Shown: piece after piece, positions 38,475 through 46,979 of the stretch
Numbering within the stretch: the first letter of the stretch is position 1
How the letters are laid out: each line of letters begins with the position of its first letter
Assembly: GCA_048882965.1 (NCBI GenBank)
Contig: JBHLRC010000002.1
Coordinates: 21,993 to 85,992 of the forward strand
Source of the DNA: Candidatus Thorarchaeota archaeon
GTDB taxonomy: Archaea > Asgardarchaeota > Thorarchaeia > Thorarchaeales > Thorarchaeaceae
DNA length: 64,000 nt
Direction: 5' to 3'
Notes under the pieces: model-generated
Told to the model about the DNA's origin: nothing
Seen by the model: only the letters and a program-made list of their open reading frames with translations
Databases searched by the model: none
Made by a program: the position numbers and the translations under genes

Positions 38475-39691
38475 ATGATGAGGAACTCCCGTGGCCAGAG
38501 AAGCATCGTCCGAAGACACTGGATGGTCTTGTCGGAAACAAAGAAACCATTCAGGCACTTAAAAGCTGGGTTGAATCGTGGTTGTCCAGAATTCCTGAAA
38601 AGAGAGCTGCTCTACTCATTGGACCTCCAGGAACAGGTAAGACTGCATCTGTAGGTGTTCTAGCAAATGAGCTTGACATGGAACTTGTTGAGTTCAATTC
38701 AAGTGACAAAAGGAACAAGGATAGTATTGAAACGTTAGTTTGGCGAGCTGCATCGCAACAGACACTTGACGGTAGACCCAGGCTCATTTTGTTAGATGAA
38801 GTGGATGGTCTCTCAGGAACCAGTGATAGAGGTGGTGTTGGTGCAATCTTGAGGGTGACCAAAGATGCAGTGCACCCAATAGTAATGACTGCAAATGATC
38901 CTGATAGTCCTCGATTAAAAGACTTGATGAAAGTGTGCCAAGTCTTTACTTTTGGACTCATAGAGAATAAAGATGTGGAAAAAGTATTGAAACATGTAAT
39001 GTCTGAAAATGATGCAAAGATTTCAGCTGAAACTCTTGAAGAGATTATTGAAGGGTCTGGCGGAGACCTTCGTGCTGCAATAGCAGATCTTGAGTTTCAG
39101 ACAAGAAGCGGTTCTACATCCTTAGTTATTGGACCAGCTGGTAGAGACTCGAAAAAAGGAACAGCTGAAACCCTACGACACTTGTTTGCCTCAGTTGACT
39201 CGAAGATGGCGAGAAAAGCTCTATCCGAATCTGAGTTGAACCATGATGAACTAGTCTTGTGGCTCGAAGAAAATCTCCACCTCCATCTTGTATCACCAAA
39301 AGAATTGGATGAGGGATTTGAGCAGTTATCTTTGGCAGATGTTTCGCTTGGAAGGATTATGAGGAATCAGAATTGGAAACTTCTCGCATATGTCTATGAC
39401 TTTTTTTCAATAGGAGTGGCTATGAGTCGTTCTGAAACGCCTTTTCGTCGTGTTAAATACTCTCAACCTTCCTGGCCACTCCTAGTTTGGCAAGGAAATA
39501 GGAAACGGGATAAGCAGTCTGAGATTATAGCTGCTTTGTCAGCGGTGACAGATGTTTCAGGAAGTAGGGTTCGACAGACGCACCTTGATACTATACATGA
39601 AATTGTAAGAATCAATCCAAAGAGTGTGAGCGATTTTGCTGCTTGGTTGAAGGTGGAGAGGTCTTCATTGGTTCAAAAAAGTAGTCGATGA
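38471..39691 (+). CDS. rfcL: Replication factor C large subunit
   Basis: WPEKHRP and GPPGTGKT motifs. ATGA overlap with rfcS. Confidence 0.85.
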   Translation: MNDEELPWPEKHRPKTLDGLVGNKETIQALKSWVESWLSRIPEKRAALLIGPPGTGKTASVGVLANELDMELVEFNSSDKRNKDSIETLVWRAASQQTLDGRPRLILLDEVDGLSGTSDRGGVGAILRVTKDAVHPIVMTANDPDSPRLKDLMKVCQVFTFGLIENKDVEKVLKHVMSENDAKISAETLEEIIEGSGGDLRAAIADLEFQTRSGSTSLVIGPAGRDSKKGTAETLRHLFASVDSKMARKALSESELNHDELVLWLEENLHLHLVSPKELDEGFEQLSLADVSLGRIMRNQNWKLLAYVYDFFSIGVAMSRSETPFRRVKYSQPSWPLLVWQGNRKRDKQSEIIAALSAVTDVSGSRVRQTHLDTIHEIVRINPKSVSDFAAWLKVERSSLVQKSSR

Positions 39692-40487
39692 GATTGTCTA
39701 CTGTTCTTAATGAACGTCTATATTTTTCAAGTTGATCATTTAGCTTATTTCGTATAATTCGAATTGCATACTTACTCCTCTTCATCCTTATTGGAATAAC
39801 TGTTTCAATAAGCACAAGATTCTCTGGGGGAGCTGGTTGGATACCACTTGGAAGAACATTCCTTCCTTGGAGAATATCATTGATTTGTTCAGATTTGATT
39901 CGTTCGTGTCCAATTTCGGTAAGCAATGTGACCATTTTACGAACAAGTTTCCAAAGAAATCTAGTTCCGAAGATATCTAGATAGACTGTGTGGTTATAGT
40001 GATGAATTGATATATTTAGGAGTGTTGTTGTATTAGTAGTGTTTCGACCGGTATCAGGCTTTGATATTTGACTAAAATTTTTAGATCCTATCAAGAGAGA
40101 GATTGCTTGTTTAACAGCATTGATGTTCAGGTTTGTCCAAGATTCATCGAGATAGTATCGATAATGTCTCATTAGCACATCATAACGAGGAATGAATGTG
40201 GGTGGTGATTCTGCATAAGCCCATAATATGATGTCATCTGGAAGATAACGATTGATTTTATCAATATTGAATGGAAAATCTGTGGTGATCATCACCAGTT
40301 GGCCTATACTATGAACACCTTTGTCTGTTCTACCAGATAACTGGGCTGTTTGAGTAGAGTGGGATTCACCACTCCATTTTGAAAGAGCCTTAATCAGCTC
40401 ACCTTGTACTGTGGTTAAACTTGGTTGGTATTGGGATCCATGATAGTGATCACCAAGATAAAATAAGCGAGCGAGATAGCTTGTCAT
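39612..40487 (-). CDS. truA: tRNA pseudouridine synthase A
   Basis: Catalytic GRTDKGVH motif. The 3' end overlaps rfcL convergently by 80 nt. Confidence 0.85.
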   Translation of the reverse strand: MTSYLARLFYLGDHYHGSQYQPSLTTVQGELIKALSKWSGESHSTQTAQLSGRTDKGVHSIGQLVMITTDFPFNIDKINRYLPDDIILWAYAESPPTFIPRYDVLMRHYRYYLDESWTNLNINAVKQAISLLIGSKNFSQISKPDTGRNTTNTTTLLNISIHHYNHTVYLDIFGTRFLWKLVRKMVTLLTEIGHERIKSEQINDILQGRNVLPSGIQPAPPENLVLIETVIPIRMKRSKYAIRIIRNKLNDQLEKYRRSLRTVDNLIDYFFEPMKTSPPSTKQQNRSHSLD

Positions 40488-40502
40488 GTCATGAAAACCT
40501 CA

Positions 40503-40787
40503 TCATGACTCCCAGAGATTGAATAGACTTCTTAGTGAGCGAGCTCTAAGGTCTTCAATCTTATATCGATAAATCTTGATTCTTCCAAACTTTTTCTCTT
40601 CTATGAGACCTGATTTTAGCAGCACTTCAAGGTGGGATTTCGTTGAGCTATGATTAAGATCAACTCTTCTACAGAGCTCTGAGATGTTCAGCTCATTTGA
40701 TGCAGCAAGTTCCTTGAGTATCTTTATTCTACCACGTGATGAGAATATGTCCTCAATAGCGACTTTAGGTGAGCTTTCAGCGTCCAT
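40503..40787 (-). CDS. ArsR-like winged-helix DNA-binding protein
   Basis: RIKILKELAASNELNISELCRRVDLNHSSTKSHLEVLLKSGLI. Its start abuts the stop of cdc6 copy 2 with no intergenic spacer. Confidence 0.65.
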   Translation of the reverse strand: MDAESSPKVAIEDIFSSRGRIKILKELAASNELNISELCRRVDLNHSSTKSHLEVLLKSGLIEEKKFGRIKIYRYKIEDLRARSLRSLFNLWES

Positions 40788-42005
40788 TTATTTTTTCATA
40801 GCCTCCTTCGATGTTTCAAGTAATCCAGTAAGAAATTGTTCTAACATTTCAGATGGGACATCAGAGAACCCAATGAGAGTGGTTTGACCTCTTTGTCCTG
40901 TACCAGATTTCTTTGCATCTAATATTCCGTGAGAGTGAAGATCTTGAACCCATTCCCAAATTTGTGTATGTGCCCGTGGTTCTTCATAGTATTCCTCACA
41001 CACTGAACGATACATCTCTTCAACTTCACCTATTGTGACATAGGCACTACGAATCTCTCGAAGCTGTCGCGCAGCTGCCAACAACAAGAGCTTATGTTGT
41101 ATGGGCAATGTTACAAAGATTTCCTTTCTAAGTTCAGGATGAGTGTCTGCTTTTGCACGACGTACATAATCAGGTATTACGATATCAGCCTGGTCACTAT
41201 CTGCAGCTTTACCTGCTCGCCAAAGGAGCTCAATTGCATAGCGTGCATCACCATGTTCTGCGGCTATATCACAGATGACTTGGATTGTTTCATCCATCAC
41301 CGTATTCTTCTCAAAAGCCATGTCTACACGGTCTCGAAGAATATCTGTTAGGGCTTCATAGTCATATTTTGGAAACCGGAGTACATTACGTTGTAGTGTG
41401 CTACGAGTACTAGAATCGAGGATATCATCATCAAGGGGAATCTCCCTACCTATTCCTATGATTGAGAGTCTTTGAGTTGCATTCAATCTATCATCCATGA
41501 GTCTTGTGAGGCCGTAAAGAATGTCAGCACCCCTTTGTCTGATAAAGTAATCAAGTTCATCGAGAATCAGGAGTAAATATCGATCTTCATCATCAAGCAC
41601 CTCAACTAACATCTGTAGGAGTTCATCAGGAGAGTGTCCTCTTCTGGGAAACTTTGGTTTGAATTCTCGTAATGCTCGAAGAAACACTAGATATTCAGTT
41701 TTGTTTACACGACAATTTATGTGAATACTATGAAGTCGGATATTTCGTCTTTTTGCAGCCTGAATCATCTGCTCAGAAAACCGTTTTGCAACCGCCGTTT
41801 TTCCAGTCCCAACAGACCCTTCAATGATAAATCTATGACTTGTTCTTCCTGGTGAACTAATCAGGGTTTTAAAACTTTGAACGAGTTTCCTCATCTCAGA
41901 TTGTCTATGGGGCAGATTTTCTGGTACATAGTCGATAGATAAGAACTGTTCCGATTTGAATATACTCCGTCTGCTGAGTTCATCTTCAACATAGTCATGA
42001 GGCAT
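40788..42005 (-). CDS. cdc6: Orc1/Cdc6 family replication initiator (copy 2)
   Basis: Walker A GSVGTGKT, Walker B LILDELD, GDARYAIELL sensor region and a winged-helix C-terminus. Confidence 0.9.
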   Translation of the reverse strand: MPHDYVEDELSRRSIFKSEQFLSIDYVPENLPHRQSEMRKLVQSFKTLISSPGRTSHRFIIEGSVGTGKTAVAKRFSEQMIQAAKRRNIRLHSIHINCRVNKTEYLVFLRALREFKPKFPRRGHSPDELLQMLVEVLDDEDRYLLLILDELDYFIRQRGADILYGLTRLMDDRLNATQRLSIIGIGREIPLDDDILDSSTRSTLQRNVLRFPKYDYEALTDILRDRVDMAFEKNTVMDETIQVICDIAAEHGDARYAIELLWRAGKAADSDQADIVIPDYVRRAKADTHPELRKEIFVTLPIQHKLLLLAAARQLREIRSAYVTIGEVEEMYRSVCEEYYEEPRAHTQIWEWVQDLHSHGILDAKKSGTGQRGQTTLIGFSDVPSEMLEQFLTGLLETSKEAMKK

Positions 42006-42216
42006 GGAAGTCCGAGAGCTATTCCGCTTATGGACCTTAAAAGCATTTGCGGAGTATACGATTAAATGTATAACAAAAGGGGAGGTTACCGAAAGTAATG
42101 GCGAGCTCCTAACTCAAGATCCATATCATCGTCATTTCTGACTCATAGGGGTCATAGCAATCATCACTCGCCATATACATAATCGATTATTATCCCTTAA
42201 ACCTGACGAAAATCAG

Positions 42217-42293
42217 TGGTGCGACCGCCGGGATTTGAACCCGGCTTGGAAGCTTGGGAGGCTTCCGTCCTAACCAGGCTAGACCACGGTCGC
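42217..42293 (-). tRNA. tRNA-Gly (anticodon CCC)
   Basis: Reverse complement GCGACCG TG GTCT..GGAC G GAAGC CTCCCAA GCTTC CAAGC CGGGT TCAAATC CCGGC GGTCGC ACCA. 77 nt with encoded CCA. Confidence 0.9.
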
Positions 42294-42318
42294 TTTGAAA
42301 CTCACCAAGTCAAATTTG

Positions 42319-42326
42319 ATAAAAGA
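42319..42326 (-). promoter_or_regulatory. TATA-like element for tRNA-Gly
   Basis: CTTTTATC (minus-strand reading) ends about 26 nt upstream of the tRNA 5' end. Confidence 0.3.
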
Positions 42327-42403
42327 CTATCGGCATTTTGGTACTGCTGCAAGAATATGCTTATCTTGAACATGCTGACCAACAAAAACTTGGAGTAGTA
42401 TCT

Positions 42404-43534
42404 ATGTCTGCTAAATATGAAACAATCAAATTCTGGCAGGGAAACCAAGCTTGTGCAGAAGCAGCGATTGCTGCAGGTTGTAGATTCTTTGCAGGTTATC
42501 CCATCACACCAGCCTCTGAGATTGCAGAGATTATGTCAGTCAAGCTTCCAAAGGTGGGAGGTGTATATCTTCAGATGGAAGATGAAATCGCTGCGATTTC
42601 TGCAGTGATTGGTAGCTCATGGGGTGGTGTTTTATCAATGACTGCAACTTCTGGTCCTGGATTTAGTTTAATGCAAGAGAATGTAGGGTATGCCATTATG
42701 ACTGAAACTCCTTGTGTCATAGTGAACGTTCAAAGAGCCGGACCCAGTACCGGACAGGCTACGAAAGCAGCTCAAGGAGACTTCATGCAGACGAGATGGG
42801 GAACTCATGGTGATCATGAAAGCGTTGTTCTTGCTCCGAACTCAGCTCAGGAAACCTACGAACTGACATTGAAGTCATTTGAACTCTCTGAAAGATTAAG
42901 GCATCCAGTCATTCTGTTGTCGGATGAGATTGTAGCACACTCAAGGGAAAAAGTCATTGTTGACACACACAAAGATGTATCTGTGAAGCGACGATACACT
43001 GTGAAGGGCAATAGACCATTTGGGGAGGTGGACACAGATGGGCATGCACTGATGCCTAGATTTGGTGATGGGCAAAATTTACTCATAACTGGATCAACCC
43101 ACAACGAGTTGGGATTTCGAAAAACTGCTGATCCGGAAGTCCACAATGAATTAGTTCGAAGATTGTCCAGAAAGATTTCGGATGCCTATGAGATACTAGA
43201 AGATTACGAGATTTCAGGTCCTGAAACCGCTACATGGGGCGTTGTTTCTTATGGTTCAACATCAAGGTCAATAGAAGAATTGATGGAAACTACTGATGAA
43301 CCAACAATCCGTTCTTTAAGGTTGAGAACGGTATGGCCATTCCCTGATGATGCGATAAGAGAGTTTGCTAAATCAGTTGATAATCTATTGGTTCCTGAGC
43401 TTAGTCTTGGCCAATTATCAAGAGAAGTAAGCAGAGTTGTAAGTGGAATAGTAGATGTTGTTTCCTTGAATAAGATTGGAGGGGGCCGTATGATTGAACC
43501 TGAAGAGCTACTTCGCACAATCAAGAAACCTTGA
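42404..43534 (+). CDS. korA: 2-oxoacid:ferredoxin oxidoreductase alpha subunit (KorA/PorA/VorA family)
   Basis: GNQACAEAAIAAGCRFFAGYPITPASE N-terminus and VWPFP..LVPELSLGQL C-terminus. Start at MSAKYE. No beta, gamma or delta subunit genes are adjacent. Confidence 0.85.
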   Translation: MSAKYETIKFWQGNQACAEAAIAAGCRFFAGYPITPASEIAEIMSVKLPKVGGVYLQMEDEIAAISAVIGSSWGGVLSMTATSGPGFSLMQENVGYAIMTETPCVIVNVQRAGPSTGQATKAAQGDFMQTRWGTHGDHESVVLAPNSAQETYELTLKSFELSERLRHPVILLSDEIVAHSREKVIVDTHKDVSVKRRYTVKGNRPFGEVDTDGHALMPRFGDGQNLLITGSTHNELGFRKTADPEVHNELVRRLSRKISDAYEILEDYEISGPETATWGVVSYGSTSRSIEELMETTDEPTIRSLRLRTVWPFPDDAIREFAKSVDNLLVPELSLGQLSREVSRVVSGIVDVVSLNKIGGGRMIEPEELLRTIKKP

Positions 43535-45216
43535 GTTTCTTCAATAGTTGATGGTATAACTAGTTCATTCGCATTTGATATCACTATAGAGAGATTCGTT
43601 CGCATCCATACTCTTACCGTAGTTGAGTAGTTAGTTGCCAAATAGTATGGACTAGTGATTACAAAGGTGATGTTGTGAATCCCAGGAGAAATCCACATTG
43701 GAAGAAAAACGGTTTGTGTTATATTTGCAATGATACTACCAGTGATTGCAAAAGGTGTAGCAATATAATCACAAAATACAGATAGATTGACTGAAGAAAC
43801 AGTTTGATTATTATCATCTAGAAGTGTTAGATTGAATTCTAGTGATTCTCCATAATATGAAGTGTCAACGTCCACATCCGCATCTATTATTCCAATGACT
43901 GTGAGATTGATGTTTGGATTTATTGAAAATTCGTAGTATTCACTATCCGGAAAAATATCCACAATATGTTGTCCTATGGATATGTTATGCCAGATGGGAA
44001 TTATCATGGAACTTGGATCATTTATTTGAACATCAATAAAATGTGAGAATTGAAATGATTCATCTATGAATCGTAATTGTATTGATTGATTCCAATCGAG
44101 GTATGAATCAATGGAAAAATCAATTGTAGCATTATTCCCTCTTGTTACATCCATAGAGAAGGAGGTAGTTGAGAAGACAAGAGAATTCGCTAGTACGTTC
44201 ACAATGACTGATGCTTCAGCAGCTTGGTATTGTGAATTGGTTGCAGTGATGTTGATTTGATATGTTCCAGGACTTGTATTGAAAGGAACTGTGTTTGAAT
44301 ATTGTCCATTTCCTAAATTTGTAAATGTCCCTGAACCAAAGCTTGATGTCCAATAAACACTGCTATCATTTATAGGACTTGAAAGTAAGTCCCTGTGTTC
44401 TACTGTTATTTCAGCCTGTTCGATGTAGCTAGCATCAGGCGATTGGCAAAAGACTGATTCAGGCGATGAAACTATAGAAAGGTTTGATGACGCAGGAAAA
44501 ACAGTCACTTCAAACGAATTTGAGAAAGAAAGGAAGTCTTCATTTCCATAGCTGGAAACAGTGAGATTGTATATACCAGGAGGCCCAAGTGTTTTACTCC
44601 AGTTAAGATAGGCTATTCCCTCTGAAGTTGTTGTTTTGTTAGACTCTAAAACTGTTTGCGAGTTTGAGTCTTCAACATGGAGAACAACTGATTCATTCGA
44701 ATAGACAACATTGTCGTTGTGGATACTGGCAATCTTCAGTGGGATGGATGTGTTTAACCCATATTCTACTGAGAGTGAAGTTAGTGGGATTGTGATAAGA
44801 TGTCCTCTATTGATTGTGACTTCAATATTGTCACCTGCGCTTTGAGAAACTGTGTCGAATATTTCGACAGTGAATAGAGCAAATGCCAGTACTCCTGTAA
44901 TCCCAGGTGAGGTATGCTCAGGTAAGATTGTATATGATGAGTTAAAGTAACGAACCAAAGGAGAAGGGGAGATGAAATATTCGTCTGCAAAGGAAGGACC
45001 AAGATCTGTTACTACTGCAAATGAAACGTAGCACCATCCATCGTTGCTGAAATCAGCTATGAGTTTTGTCACCATACCAATCGTCTCCCCAACTTCGTAA
45101 ACCAGTTTGTCTGTTTCAAAGTACTGAAAATCAAAATAGAAAGCTGAAACCGGGATGGCAATGCATGCGATACAGATTATTGATATGGGGAGTAGTGCTT
45201 TTGCTTTTCGATTCAC
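43249..45216 (-). CDS. Secreted multi-Ig-like repeat glycoprotein A (adhesin or S-layer-associated candidate)
   Basis: Signal peptide from the GTG start (MNRKAKALLPISIICIACIAIPVSA). Repeated modules of about 90 aa carry a PG.Y.(L/I).(V/I) signature, with dozens of N-x-S/T sequons. The last 92 or so residues are translated antisense to korA. Confidence 0.6.
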   Translation of the reverse strand: MNRKAKALLPISIICIACIAIPVSAFYFDFQYFETDKLVYEVGETIGMVTKLIADFSNDGWCYVSFAVVTDLGPSFADEYFISPSPLVRYFNSSYTILPEHTSPGITGVLAFALFTVEIFDTVSQSAGDNIEVTINRGHLITIPLTSLSVEYGLNTSIPLKIASIHNDNVVYSNESVVLHVEDSNSQTVLESNKTTTSEGIAYLNWSKTLGPPGIYNLTVSSYGNEDFLSFSNSFEVTVFPASSNLSIVSSPESVFCQSPDASYIEQAEITVEHRDLLSSPINDSSVYWTSSFGSGTFTNLGNGQYSNTVPFNTSPGTYQINITATNSQYQAAEASVIVNVLANSLVFSTTSFSMDVTRGNNATIDFSIDSYLDWNQSIQLRFIDESFQFSHFIDVQINDPSSMIIPIWHNISIGQHIVDIFPDSEYYEFSINPNINLTVIGIIDADVDVDTSYYGESLEFNLTLLDDNNQTVSSVNLSVFCDYIATPFAITGSIIANITQTVFLPMWISPGIHNITFVITSPYYLATNYSTTVRVWMRTNLSIVISNANELVIPSTIEETQGFLIVRSSSSGSIIRPPPILFKETTSTIPLTTLLTSLDNWPRLSSGTNRLSTDLANSLIASSGNGHTVLNLKERIVGSSVVSINSSIDLDVEP

Positions 45217-45338
45217 CTGTCTACACCAGAAACCTGTCTTTTCTATTCCTAAAAAACAGCACATGGATTCAACGGTAGGTTTAATTCACAGTGACATGCC
45301 ATCAACCACAGACTGTACCGGGTATAGGTGTATCATCG

Positions 45339-45704
45339 ATGGTAATTCGGCTAAAAACTGCTGTTATTAATTCTGTTGAGGAAACTGAAACTAGAAGATT
45401 GAAACTGTTAAAAGTGTCTGCGAAAAAAGATGGTGCCACACTTACATTGGAATTACCTGATGCATTATGTGACGCGTTGAATACTAATGATTCTATCACT
45501 GTAGTTGTTGACTCCAAGCCAATTGCAAAAGGTGAACAGGCCAAACTCTATGTTGAAAGCAGTGTTTTCAAGAAACTTGAGAAGAATGGTTTAGAAGTGA
45601 TTGGATCAGTGGGAGGACTGCGTATGGTATTCACACTAGCAAAGCCTACTTCAACTCAGAGCAAGATTTTCGACTCTGAGAAGTTCTTTCTGGCAATTAT
45701 GTGA
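45339..45704 (+). CDS. Possible RNA polymerase subunit Rpo8 (RpoG/Rpb8-like)
   Basis: About 121 aa. The C-terminal GSVGGLRMVFTL...KFFLAIM resembles the Rpb8 GGLLMRL...YLLMKK ending as I recall it. It sits next to a TFB gene. This is a weak, motif-level call. Confidence 0.35.
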   Translation: MVIRLKTAVINSVEETETRRLKLLKVSAKKDGATLTLELPDALCDALNTNDSITVVVDSKPIAKGEQAKLYVESSVFKKLEKNGLEVIGSVGGLRMVFTLAKPTSTQSKIFDSEKFFLAIM

Positions 45705-45868
45705 ATAAATGTACAAACATGATTACTTTCGGTCATCTCTCTTTCTGACTGGACTGGTAATGCCTGTTTAAGGTCCGTAGGAGTCCATTTGAATAAACTA
45801 GTCTTCTCTGTGAATGTATAACTAGTATCTGAAACTTAGTTAGGAATGATTGTACACACTCATAATGG

Positions 45869-46912
45869 GTGTGGTTTTTGACTGATGGAACATGTGAATC
45901 TCGTTTAACGAATTCAAAATCCTGTCCTGACTGTGGTGGTTTTTTAGTTACTAGTCAAGGACATATTGTGTGTGCTGAATGTGGACTGGTACTATCAAGA
46001 GAATATGTCTTGCCTACGTATCAGATGGGAGAACGCCCCAGTGGTGATTCTCCTGACGCGAGTATGTATGTGTCTTTGGGAAATCGAATGCATATTGTTG
46101 ATGGGCTTGGTAGTTACATAGGCTTTCACAAAGATCGATATTTTCAGGATTATCAAGGACATGCACTTTCTGGTAGAATGCAGAAGAAGTTCAAGCGTCT
46201 GAAGACAATATATAGTACCAGAATTAGAATTGGAAAGAATGAAGCGAAATATAGAGCTCTGCGGACCCTGAACCATGTATCAAAACTTCTTATGATTAAT
46301 GAACAGGTTCGTGATCGAACTGCATATCTATACAAGAAAGTGGTGAATGAAACTGCGGGTAATGTTAGCAATAACATACTGCTGATAGCAGTCTGTCTTC
46401 TTATGGCTGTGAGAGAGTTCAAAGATGAAGCCCCAATAACACTTGATGAGATAGCTGATGTGTTTGAGAAATGTGGACATCGAGTCAATGTGAGGGCAAT
46501 TGTACGAGAAGCACTGAGACTCAAGTCACTTACTGGTTACTCACCGGAGATACGAAAGCCAGAGGATTATGTCCCAAGAGTGATTTCAATGTTGATGAAT
46601 AATCCAAAGGTGGTCAGTAAAGTCCAAGCACGTGGTTGGGAGCTGAAGGATTTTGAGAATGCTCTTAGGAACAAGATACTGGAAGTTCTCAAGATGATAC
46701 CAGCTTCAAAACGAGGAGGAAGGAACCCGTTCATATTCACTGTTTCTGCAGCATATGCAAGTGATAGATTGATAGCTGTGGAACATGGAAGACGAGCTGT
46801 TCTGACTCAGAAACTTGCGTCTGCTGCAACAGAGGTGGCTGAGTACAGTATTAGAGACCACTTTGGGATGATGAAGAAAATCATCGAAGTGTCCCCAGCA
46901 TCTATCCAATAA
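45869..46912 (+). CDS. tfb: Transcription initiation factor TFB (TFIIB family), divergent paralog
   Basis: N-terminal zinc ribbon CPDCGG..CAECGLVL and two cyclin-fold-like repeats (LIAVCLLMAVRE.., FTVSAAYASDR..). Confidence 0.7.
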   Translation: MWFLTDGTCESRLTNSKSCPDCGGFLVTSQGHIVCAECGLVLSREYVLPTYQMGERPSGDSPDASMYVSLGNRMHIVDGLGSYIGFHKDRYFQDYQGHALSGRMQKKFKRLKTIYSTRIRIGKNEAKYRALRTLNHVSKLLMINEQVRDRTAYLYKKVVNETAGNVSNNILLIAVCLLMAVREFKDEAPITLDEIADVFEKCGHRVNVRAIVREALRLKSLTGYSPEIRKPEDYVPRVISMLMNNPKVVSKVQARGWELKDFENALRNKILEVLKMIPASKRGGRNPFIFTVSAAYASDRLIAVEHGRRAVLTQKLASAATEVAEYSIRDHFGMMKKIIEVSPASIQ

Positions 46913-46979
46913 TCTGGTTGATCCATCTAGGAGGTTATCTAGCAATTTTCTGAATAGGAAATTGAAAAGAGGTGACTAG

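Noticed and set aside
42216-42403. 60-aa ORF 42216..42398 and the 22-aa N-terminal extension of korA (start 42338)
   Set aside because: The first is a translation of the tRNA-Gly antisense strand. The korA homology begins at MSAKYE (42404), so the extension is unsupported.
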